This document shows positions 52,034 to 59,966 of a stretch of 59,966 bases of DNA, one piece after another. The DNA is taken from assembly GCA_964014545.1 (NCBI GenBank), contig CAXGZX010000003.1, positions 1-59,966 of the forward strand. The letters run 5' to 3'. The stretch is from an uncultured Candidatus Poseidoniales archaeon. Lineage in GTDB: Archaea > Thermoplasmatota > Poseidoniia > Poseidoniales > Poseidoniaceae. The position numbers and the translations under genes are program-made. Below the pieces are notes generated by a model. The model searched no databases. It saw nothing but the letters and a program-made list of their open reading frames with translations, and was not told the DNA's origin. Every line of letters starts with the position of its first letter. Positions within the stretch are counted from its first letter, which is position 1.

Positions 52034-54961
52034 TCACTTTCTTTTATGAAAGAACAGAACTAAACCAATTATTGCAAGCCACAGATAACTTGAATTCCAT
52101 ATTAGCTTTTTGAAATCGAAATTTAACTCTCTAGTTTCCTCTAATAATTCTGGCATATGTTCGTACAAAACCATTGCTTGGCCACCTGGTGGACCACCGC
52201 CACCGCCGCCGCCACCGCCGCCACCGCCGCCGGAGTTTGCATTGCTCATATCTGCAACACCATGGTAACAAAGTAAGAAGTAAGGGAAACCAATCATCGG
52301 AACTGTATCACCATCGGTATTTACCACAGTCTTTGATGAACCGCTTATCGGTGTTGAGACGTAATAATAAGTTCCTTCGGGATATTCTGGAGTGGCAGCA
52401 AACCGTCCATTACATTGGTCTAAATCACCCATACCGTTGACATAATTCCAATCATCAATTCCGTTATACCCTTGATCGCCGCCTTCAGAGGTTCTTTCAA
52501 CCTCATATGATGACTTTAGTGGAATAACTTGACCATTTTCATCCCAGCCGTACATAGCATAGATAGGATAACCATCAAATGCCCAACCAATGATTGGTGA
52601 ATGGGTTGTTGAGTCTAAGTCAGTGTAATCATAATTTACTATAGTTTCGCCATTTGGGTCGTCCCAAAATTGACACATTGCATCATAGTGGTAGTGAACT
52701 CCAGCAGGGCCATTATGGGCGCCACAATACCCTAAGTCAATCGGTTGCCGGTCCTCATTAAAGTAAAGATACTCAAGAGCAACTGCATCTCCACCAGGAC
52801 CTTCTTCTGGACCAAAAATTGGCACACCATTAACCGCTACAGCAACTGCTCCCCTGTCAGGAGCACACTCATAAGCTCCATTTGCCGCTGGGCAGTTAGC
52901 AGAATTATGTCCCCCGCTAGTATCCTCGACGGGGTTTAGAGGGATTGTCCAATCCATATCTTGTTCATCTGCATTTGCGGCAAATGCGGACAACCAATTG
53001 TGATTTGGTATTGCATTAGAGTTGATTTGCATTTCACTGCTGGTGATAGTTACCGATACATCGCATTGGAACCATGGACCAGAGCCTCCACCGCCACCAG
53101 ATTGCCCTGCACCTCTAGTATTAGCGGTGTAAGAATTACCTTCACCATTGAGATCCTTTACCCAATCCCCTTGTCCATCTTGACACAACCAGGAGTCTTC
53201 TTTATCAAAAGACTGCAAACCATCTAATATGAAATCAACAATTGTATCAAATGTTGAATCGCTTTGGTATGGCAAATGATGGTCTGCTGTTGGACTATGT
53301 ACATCTAAAGAATTAGTGAACTTATTTGCTAGCGCTGGGGCCATGCTTTTGAAATTGTTATCATTTTCTCCTGAAAAAATCATCGCTGAAATGGAAAATG
53401 GTGCCACAGCATCTATGGTATCGATTAAACCTTCATGAGTCGTAGGCAAATAGCCATTATACATTAGAGCTTTATCAAAAGTATTAGCAGTATTGGCAAG
53501 GTAAACTGGAATCATTGCTGCACCTTGAGAATAACCTAGAATTCCATAAAATGGTCCATTATCGATGACCATTTGGTCTAGATATGCAATTGATAAATCT
53601 GCCCAATCAGGGTCAGTAGTTGGTTCTCCTTTCCCACCAGGTGGGTCTTTTATCCATACGTTGCCACTTTCTGGAGTACTACCAAATACAAAGTCAAATC
53701 CTGGAAGAGCGTCCATTAAATCCTGCATACCTTGCTGAAATTCAAGTCCAGATGCAGTTTCTCCACCTCCGTGTAAGGCCAATATTTTCGGTCTAGTTGG
53801 AGTTGGTTGCTCTTTTTGGGAATCTGAACAGCCAAACTCATCTACAGATTCTCCTTGCGGAGTATTTGGACACTGATCAACGTTGTTGAAGATTCCGTCA
53901 TTATCGGAATCTCTTTGAGAATTTGAACAGCCATCTTGATCTACACTCTCGCCACTAGGAGTGTTAGGACAGTTATCATCTGCATTACTAACACCATCAC
54001 CATCTGTGTCTTTTTGTGATAGGGCACAACCATTGGAGTCAACTAACTCCCCAGAAGGAGTATCTGGACACAGGTCTTTGTCATTGTAGACATTATCCAT
54101 ATCATCATCAATTTCAGAATCCGAACAGCCACTCTGATACACCGGCTCTCCCTGTGGAGTATCATTACACTGGTCTACATCGTCGAGTATTCCATCTAAG
54201 TCGTAATCTCCCGCAGGTTCTGGCGGCACCGGTAAATTTACCATTACCATATCTGAAGAGGTAGAAAACAAGCCACATGTAGCATATATCGTACCATTTG
54301 TGTTAACATTATCAGTATCGAAAGTCATAGTGAACTCACCGGTTTCCATGGTCACGACTCCAATAACATCCAAAGTCGGGCTCTGATATTTTGGCCGGTA
54401 TTCTATCGCACAGGTTTCAGTAAATCGGTGAATAAGGACGCCATTTAGTGTCCCATCAGAAGTGCCTTCAATCGGTTCATCCCATTGAAAGGAGATTACT
54501 ACATCCTTCTCAAGCGGTGCAACAATGCTCACATTTTGGTAAACCGATTGACTATCTAATCCTTCTAAGTCTGTGACAAATACCTCGGCAACCCATTGAC
54601 CGGGTTCAGACAGGGGTATCTCCATTGACCAAACTCCAGCAGTATTTACACTGGCAGATATTGGTTCAAATGGCTCGATTGCGGTGATTGAATCAATGAA
54701 CCTAATGGTTACTGTTGAGGAACCAATTAATTCATCCGTAGCAAAGCCATTGATGGAAATATTCGTTCCGTCCCATACTTTGCTCTGTTCAGAAAACATT
54801 ACCACTGGTGGCTGGTTAACCGCCACTACTGGCTCTGCGGTTTCTCCCTTATCGGTATCATTGTTACTCTCATCAGTCGGATTATCTATTACAACAAGTA
54901 ATCCACCACCAACAAGGATCATCACTAAAATTCCTGAAAGTGCGGCAATCTTCGTATCCAT
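52034..54961 (-). CDS. multidomain surface protein: Ig-like, TSP3 repeats, FSH1-like serine hydrolase, YHYH domain, C-terminal hydrophobic anchor
   Basis: ATG 54961 (MDTKIAAL) preferred; DxDxDGVxxxxDxCPxTP repeats; KILALHGGG, GYSQGA, SGEND, DHH; IPLNP, VAVNGVPIF, CGAH..GVHYHY, PIIGWAFDGYPIY, GDLDQCNGR, YYYV. Confidence 0.85.
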   Translation of the reverse strand: MDTKIAALSGILVMILVGGGLLVVIDNPTDESNNDTDKGETAEPVVAVNQPPVVMFSEQSKVWDGTNISINGFATDELIGSSTVTIRFIDSITAIEPFEPISASVNTAGVWSMEIPLSEPGQWVAEVFVTDLEGLDSQSVYQNVSIVAPLEKDVVISFQWDEPIEGTSDGTLNGVLIHRFTETCAIEYRPKYQSPTLDVIGVVTMETGEFTMTFDTDNVNTNGTIYATCGLFSTSSDMVMVNLPVPPEPAGDYDLDGILDDVDQCNDTPQGEPVYQSGCSDSEIDDDMDNVYNDKDLCPDTPSGELVDSNGCALSQKDTDGDGVSNADDNCPNTPSGESVDQDGCSNSQRDSDNDGIFNNVDQCPNTPQGESVDEFGCSDSQKEQPTPTRPKILALHGGGETASGLEFQQGMQDLMDALPGFDFVFGSTPESGNVWIKDPPGGKGEPTTDPDWADLSIAYLDQMVIDNGPFYGILGYSQGAAMIPVYLANTANTFDKALMYNGYLPTTHEGLIDTIDAVAPFSISAMIFSGENDNNFKSMAPALANKFTNSLDVHSPTADHHLPYQSDSTFDTIVDFILDGLQSFDKEDSWLCQDGQGDWVKDLNGEGNSYTANTRGAGQSGGGGGSGPWFQCDVSVTITSSEMQINSNAIPNHNWLSAFAANADEQDMDWTIPLNPVEDTSGGHNSANCPAANGAYECAPDRGAVAVAVNGVPIFGPEEGPGGDAVALEYLYFNEDRQPIDLGYCGAHNGPAGVHYHYDAMCQFWDDPNGETIVNYDYTDLDSTTHSPIIGWAFDGYPIYAMYGWDENGQVIPLKSSYEVERTSEGGDQGYNGIDDWNYVNGMGDLDQCNGRFAATPEYPEGTYYYVSTPISGSSKTVVNTDGDTVPMIGFPYFLLCYHGVADMSNANSGGGGGGGGGGGGGPPGGQAMVLYEHMPELLEETRELNFDFKKLIWNSSYLWLAIIGLVLFFHKRK

Positions 54962-55016
54962 TGGGCTCAAACGACTTGCAATAGCATATAATTTATCTCT
55001 AATCGTGATTAATAAA

Positions 55017-55475
55017 TTATTCAATTCCAGGAACGGCTGATTCTTGGTATTCCCATGTTGCCAGCATGCCAATTAAGAAGCCGAGTGGGGCAACCATCAT
55101 CCCAAGTACTAATATTGGCGTTGAAACATACATTGGTCGGTTGCAAGCCAGCATTCTAAGCCAAATATAGCGCCCTGCAAGGACATCAAAGGCTAAGAAG
55201 TGAAGCCACCCAACAATGATTACTTTGTCATCTGAAAAGAATTCTACAATTATTTCTGGTGTTGGCATTTCTGCACCTAGAGTAATGAAGATGTCCGGTA
55301 AGCTAGGGATAGCAAGTATTGCATAAGGAATGCATAATGGCAATACGGCAATTCGAAGATCACCAACTATTTTTTTGGTAATATCATGACGTGGAGCAAA
55401 CCACATAAGACCCCAAATTGGGATAATATAAATCGAAGATATCCAAAACATCACGTGCTCTATTTCCATATTCAT
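55017..55475 (-). CDS. ABA4-like (DUF4281) membrane protein
   Basis: four hydrophobic segments; WLHFLAFDVLAGRYI matches the ABA4/DUF4281 W.H.LAFD core; P.GF near the C-terminus; ATGA overlap with the MMPL stop and a GAGGAG RBS. Confidence 0.8.
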   Translation of the reverse strand: MNMEIEHVMFWISSIYIIPIWGLMWFAPRHDITKKIVGDLRIAVLPLCIPYAILAIPSLPDIFITLGAEMPTPEIIVEFFSDDKVIIVGWLHFLAFDVLAGRYIWLRMLACNRPMYVSTPILVLGMMVAPLGFLIGMLATWEYQESAVPGIE

Positions 55476-58249
55476 TCCTCCTCAAGATACTTCTTGGCAT
55501 CATACTGTAGGAATTTACTGTAAAATGCTGGAAGTAGGATTAGGCTGGATAGTAGTGCTAAGGTAATGGCAACAACGAATGCTTGGCCAAATAGCTTAAG
55601 TGGCAATAGAGCCGATAAATTCAGCACAGCAAATCCACCAGCCGTGGTAAGTGCAGCACCAAACATTGCTCTTCCGGTAGTAGCTGAGGCTTTTTCCACC
55701 CATTGTTGTTGATTTCCACGTGGATTGTGCTCAACTTCTTCTTCTAACCTGGTGGTAAAGTGAACTGCATAATCAACACCTAAACCGAGCGATAAGGCCC
55801 CAATGGTTACTGTTTGTGGGTTTATATTGTATCCAGTAAAGCCCATTATGCCGTATACCCAACAAACCACCATCATCAAAGGTATCCACGAGACTATTCC
55901 TCTAGCAAAGCCTTGGCCGATATTCTTTTGACGTACTGAATGGATTGAAACTAACATTACTAAGATGACAATTGCGACAATTGCCGTGGATTGGATTGAT
56001 GATGCTGCGACATCTGATGTTGTTTGAGCATTAATCAAACTTCGACCACTAACTTTCAAACTACCATCATCTGGTATCTCTCCTTCAACTTGAGACAATA
56101 ACTCCTCGATTCTTTCATTTAGGTCAACAGTAGCTTGCCAGTCCAAGGTATTGGCTTGGAAGGAAATCAAAGTTTGCTGTCCGTTTGAATGTAATAATGC
56201 ACTAGATAATTGTCTACCAGTATCATTGGTCAATAACCAATTAGAAAGATCACTCCAACCATTACTTTCTCCACTTTCAATTGAAATCATAATTTCATCT
56301 AGCGTAGCATATTGAGGCCTAGACTCTTCAACCAAATCCCAAAGGCCGTTTGGCACCCCCGTGATGTCGGGACTAGCAGTCAATGCTGACATCGTCAAAT
56401 TCCACGACTCCCAACCAACCTCGCTCAAAACATCACCATCATAGACAATGTATAGCGGTGAACGACTGCTTTGGAATTCATCTGACAATAAGATAAAATC
56501 GGCAACTACAGGGATACTTTGGTCAAATTGATCTCTTTGTTCAAATCCAACTTCTAGTTGCTGGAAACCGACATACATTGGAATGAGTAGTAATACCGCA
56601 ATAATTCCTACCTTCATTGGTTGCATTGATAGACGACCTAAACTCTTCGCTACTGGACCAATTTCGATTTTACTTGCTTTGTCTAGTGGCAACTTTTTGG
56701 GCGGTATCAAAGTCATTAATGCTGGTAGTGCTGAAATACTCAACAGATAAATGAAGAATAGCCCAATAGCAATCACGGTCCCAAATACTTGCAGGAAGGT
56801 AAGTGCTGAAAATCTAAATGAAAGGAATCCGACTACATCGGTAAAGATTGCAATCAGTAAGGCGATTGAGGTGAAAATTGTTCCTCGACGAATTGCCAGT
56901 TTTCTGGCTTCGACAGAAAAATCTCTCATGGTTTCAGCCGTTTCACCCTCTGGAGAATTCTTCAATTCCTCTCGTATCCTCAAGACTACGTGTAAACCAT
57001 AGTCAACCCCAATGGCTAACAATAGCACTGGGATTGAATTCATCGCCGCATTGAAGATCATATTGACTCCGAAGAATTCTAGCCAACCTGAAAGGCCATA
57101 AGTTGCCGCTATAGCAAAAATAGTCAATACCATCACATATGCAGTCTCTCGCTTACTGCGAAAATTAAACCAAAGAATCAATGCTAGTAAAAAGAATGCT
57201 GAACTGGTAAGAATACCAATCTCTTTACCCAATGTCTCAGTTGAACCAACGCCAAATTGGGCAAAGGAAAAACTTCTAATCTCATCATCACCAGTATCTT
57301 GTTGAAGTTTTTCGACCAGTGATTTAGACCATTTAGTGATGTCATTTTGCGTAGAATCAAAATCTGTAGCAGCCTTTCCGTGAACCACTGGGTCGTTGCT
57401 TATCACCAAGGTAGTGATAACTGGACCAGACATATTCCACGGGTCGTTTCTCTCATCAACCGGAATATTGGATAGGATTGCTTCTCTAAAATCGATATCC
57501 TGCAGACCTTTCATCATATTCAATTGGCCAAAAATCGGTCCTGAACTGGCGGCAATTAATCCAAGTTCTTGTTGAGATTTATTCTCCAGCATCAACGATG
57601 ATAATTGACCAATCAGACCGTCTAGTTGATTTGATAAGTCGTCACTAGAATCAATTCTAGCCAACCAGGATTCTGGACTAGAAAAATCCCAGTCGATTAG
57701 ACGTTGGGCAGTAACTGGTTGAAATGCTGGGATTGCAGAGGAAGCGGTGTTTAATGACTCTAGCGAGGATGATAAACCAGAGGAATTTGATTGTCTAACT
57801 AACTCGATAGAACTGGACAATTCACTAAGCCAACTTGCTGAGTTCTGTGAATCTTGTAAGGTATGCCACTGAATTACCGAACTAGCCATTCCAGCATTTG
57901 GTTGGGTGCCAAATAACGGATATTGGTATGGTTGAAAGTTCTCATCCAGCAATAATTGTGCTTCAATATATGCTAGCTGAGTCCAGGTTTCTTGGACTAA
58001 CAAATCTCCCTGATCTACTTCATCAATAATTCGTACAAAATCAACTGAAGCCTGATATTCATCTTCAATATCATTAAGCAGCGATACCGTTTCATTATCG
58101 GGGAAAAAACCATCTTCACTGTTGTCAAACTTTAGATGCATTGCCCCAGAAGATAGTAAAATCACTACTATGAACAAACAAGCCAAAACAGTGCGTGGTT
58201 TATCGACACTCTTTTCGGTCAGAGCAAAAAATGGATTTCGCATATTCAA
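55472..58249 (-). CDS. MMPL / RND-superfamily lipid transporter
   Basis: two halves each with 1+5 TM layout and a large external loop; LAIGVDYGLH and LGLGVDYAVH; LTTAGGFAVL. Confidence 0.9.
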   Translation of the reverse strand: MNMRNPFFALTEKSVDKPRTVLACLFIVVILLSSGAMHLKFDNSEDGFFPDNETVSLLNDIEDEYQASVDFVRIIDEVDQGDLLVQETWTQLAYIEAQLLLDENFQPYQYPLFGTQPNAGMASSVIQWHTLQDSQNSASWLSELSSSIELVRQSNSSGLSSSLESLNTASSAIPAFQPVTAQRLIDWDFSSPESWLARIDSSDDLSNQLDGLIGQLSSLMLENKSQQELGLIAASSGPIFGQLNMMKGLQDIDFREAILSNIPVDERNDPWNMSGPVITTLVISNDPVVHGKAATDFDSTQNDITKWSKSLVEKLQQDTGDDEIRSFSFAQFGVGSTETLGKEIGILTSSAFFLLALILWFNFRSKRETAYVMVLTIFAIAATYGLSGWLEFFGVNMIFNAAMNSIPVLLLAIGVDYGLHVVLRIREELKNSPEGETAETMRDFSVEARKLAIRRGTIFTSIALLIAIFTDVVGFLSFRFSALTFLQVFGTVIAIGLFFIYLLSISALPALMTLIPPKKLPLDKASKIEIGPVAKSLGRLSMQPMKVGIIAVLLLIPMYVGFQQLEVGFEQRDQFDQSIPVVADFILLSDEFQSSRSPLYIVYDGDVLSEVGWESWNLTMSALTASPDITGVPNGLWDLVEESRPQYATLDEIMISIESGESNGWSDLSNWLLTNDTGRQLSSALLHSNGQQTLISFQANTLDWQATVDLNERIEELLSQVEGEIPDDGSLKVSGRSLINAQTTSDVAASSIQSTAIVAIVILVMLVSIHSVRQKNIGQGFARGIVSWIPLMMVVCWVYGIMGFTGYNINPQTVTIGALSLGLGVDYAVHFTTRLEEEVEHNPRGNQQQWVEKASATTGRAMFGAALTTAGGFAVLNLSALLPLKLFGQAFVVAITLALLSSLILLPAFYSKFLQYDAKKYLEEE

Positions 58250-58334
58250 AGTATCAGCGTTTTGCTTATAGTGATGTGGTATTACCCGTGAGTAATAGTA
58301 ATCAGTTCAAGACAGTTAGATTAGCAACGAGTAA

Positions 58335-59036
58335 TCATTCTTCGTATGGTTGCCAGTCTTCATCGCCTTCCATTCTGTACCACCAATAGCCGTCTTCATC
58401 TTCAAACCATTCAGTACCGTCTTCATCAACAGAGTAACCATCTGGATAATCGCCTTCTTCTTCGGCACTTGGGTCAACCATACCGGTTTCTTCCGTAATT
58501 TCTTGTTTGACTCGATAAATTTCCTCATCTGCATCAGCAAACACTCTGTTAACTGCGCCGATGTTGGCAACGTGGTCGCCTTTCTTGATGGCATCATCTG
58601 ATTCTTTCAAGAACTCTTGAGCCATTTTACTTTTGTAATCCTCAAATTCATCGCGGCCAAATCTGCCAGTAAATTCATTCCCTTTGGCCTTCATCAAATC
58701 ATCCAAACTTTGGCGTTTTTTGCCTTTGAGTTCTGGAGCATCTGGTGCCTCTCCCATGTAAAAAGGGTCATCAGCCTCATCCATCTTAGGAAATGTTCTT
58801 TGTTCAGGGTCTGCTTCTTCAATCGCTTCAATTATCAGGTCATGTTCCTCTTCGTCGATTTTTTCTTCGTCGTAGTTCTGTGCAGTAATGTTGACTAACT
58901 TTTCCAAATTTTTCGCTAACATTCGGTCGTTGACACTGGCCTCGACCAATTTATCTACTTGCTTTAGAAGGCGTTCGTAAGGACTTCCGGCTAGAGCACC
59001 GAAAAACTTCCCCATACGACCCTTCTTCTTCGCCAT
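58335..59036 (-). CDS. acidic cytoplasmic hypothetical protein with C-terminal aromatic (WW-like) motif
   Basis: 233 aa, no TM; N-terminal basic/amphipathic MAKKKGRMGKFFGALAG; C-terminal DEDGTEWFEDEDGYWWYR...WQPY. Confidence 0.8.
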   Translation of the reverse strand: MAKKKGRMGKFFGALAGSPYERLLKQVDKLVEASVNDRMLAKNLEKLVNITAQNYDEEKIDEEEHDLIIEAIEEADPEQRTFPKMDEADDPFYMGEAPDAPELKGKKRQSLDDLMKAKGNEFTGRFGRDEFEDYKSKMAQEFLKESDDAIKKGDHVANIGAVNRVFADADEEIYRVKQEITEETGMVDPSAEEEGDYPDGYSVDEDGTEWFEDEDGYWWYRMEGDEDWQPYEE

Positions 59037-59127
59037 GATTGGTTGTTAAACCCATCCATTATCAATTTAATCATCACAATTAAGGATACTTTTCATCAAT
59101 AAAACCATTCTAGCCCTACACGATAGC

Positions 59128-59874
59128 ATGGTTGAGGAGTGGCTAGAAAAAATCATGACTTCATATAATCATGATTCATTTGAGGCTAGAGACTCTTATG
59201 CTGCTCAGGTATATATGCCTGGAAAACTTTTCCAAGATTTAGTTTGGTGGGCATTACAAGCCCTACCTGATGAGATTTTAGTAGGATTAGATATTGATGC
59301 TAACCGAAACCCAAGTGAAGATATTGAAAATTTATTTCTCAGTGAACAACAAGTCGAAGGGTTGTTTCAAGGTCAGGGTTTTGTGATAAGTGAAGCACAT
59401 ATTGTTAATCGTGGAGATTCATACTCAGTACATCATTTACCTGAGGATTGGACCGATGATATTTTTGCTCCATCCAGAGGTGCAAGAGCTGGTCGATTTA
59501 CCCATTGGCTGCATACTCATCCAAATGCTCCAGCGATACCAAGCGGTGCTGATGCTGATGCATCGCAAGAAACCTCGGGCATTGACTTAATCTTGGGCTT
59601 GAGATTCTCGCCGTCTGGACCACTACCTTGGTTTGATGATGTTGAAGGCAAAAGACGCATTCTTGGTAAAGAGGCAGCAGTGGAAAATAACCAACAAACC
59701 AAGCGTCGATTATTTGGTAGAACTCAATTACCGGTAATTGGCATGGCTCCTAGTGGGCATATGATCCATGAGGTTCAATTAATTGCCTTCCACAAAACTG
59801 GTTTGGGAGTCAATGTGATTTTCATCGACGACCAAGATTCGCCGTATGGCTGGGAATCACTCATTACTCAATAA
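59128..59874 (+). CDS. JAMM/MPN+ (Mov34) zinc metalloprotease
   Basis: upstream Glu (LPDEILVGL) and a complete HxH-x7-S-x2-D motif: HTHPNAPAIPSGAD. Confidence 0.85.
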   Translation: MVEEWLEKIMTSYNHDSFEARDSYAAQVYMPGKLFQDLVWWALQALPDEILVGLDIDANRNPSEDIENLFLSEQQVEGLFQGQGFVISEAHIVNRGDSYSVHHLPEDWTDDIFAPSRGARAGRFTHWLHTHPNAPAIPSGADADASQETSGIDLILGLRFSPSGPLPWFDDVEGKRRILGKEAAVENNQQTKRRLFGRTQLPVIGMAPSGHMIHEVQLIAFHKTGLGVNVIFIDDQDSPYGWESLITQ

Positions 59875-59966
59875 CGCCGAATAAATATCATCTATTCTCG
59901 CTGGATTAACCCCAATATCGCCCCAACCTAGTCTAGACTCAGAATGAATTTCGATAATACAACTAT
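59857..59966 (-). CDS. partial CDS (3' end only), DUF1499-like
   Basis: open frame from the window edge reads IIEIHSESRLGWGDIGVNPARIDDIYSALLSNE*, matching the DUF1499 C-terminal S.SR.G..D.GVN..R pattern; not in the ORF track. Confidence 0.55.
   Translation of the reverse strand, partial: SCIIEIHSESRLGWGDIGVNPARIDDIYSALLSNE

Noticed and set aside
54962-55072. ORF-track N-terminal extension of the YHYH protein overlapping the ABA4-like gene
   Set aside because: It would overlap the upstream gene by 56 bp and lacks signal-peptide character; ATG 54961 gives a clean N-terminal TM
59128-59874. JAMM gene as part of a CBASS/Bil-type anti-phage operon
   Set aside because: No CD-NTase, E1/E2 or ubiquitin-like genes adjacent in the window; neighbours look unrelated

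Overview
This ~60 kb, AT-rich, very gene-dense window reads as ordinary chromosome from a marine euryarchaeon, most likely Marine Group II (Ca. Poseidoniales). That assignment is inferred from the archaeal Taw2, the GGTGA/GGAGG ribosome-binding sites, and the many acidic, membrane-anchored proteins with thrombospondin type-3 (TSP3) repeats; it is not confirmed by a search. The window holds about 47 CDSs (one probable tspO pseudogene and one partial gene at the right edge) and one tRNA-Phe(GAA) with an encoded CCA. Housekeeping genes include a DEAD-box helicase, thiolase, bacterial-type RNase PH, MogA, a dihydroorotase-like enzyme, M32/M29 peptidases, ThiN, UvrC, Taw2, a cyclophilin, SCO and a JAMM protease. 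There is also a large set of secreted or anchored surface proteins (FG-GAP, TSP3, beta-helix, SGNH, YHYH). I see no integrase, transposase, CRISPR array or recognisable canonical defence operon. The best leads are: (1) an NLR-like STAND NTPase with a wHTH effector, abutting two stand-alone Lrp/RAM domains; (2) an apparently coupled MMPL - ABA4-like - esterase/YHYH fusion - SCO operon; (3) a WW-like aromatic mini-domain in two proteins, together with recurring proline-rich cytoplasmic tails; (4) bacterial RNase PH next to a CCA-encoding tRNA; (5) a UvrC lacking the Cys cluster motif. All family assignments come from motif recognition by eye, with no database searches.
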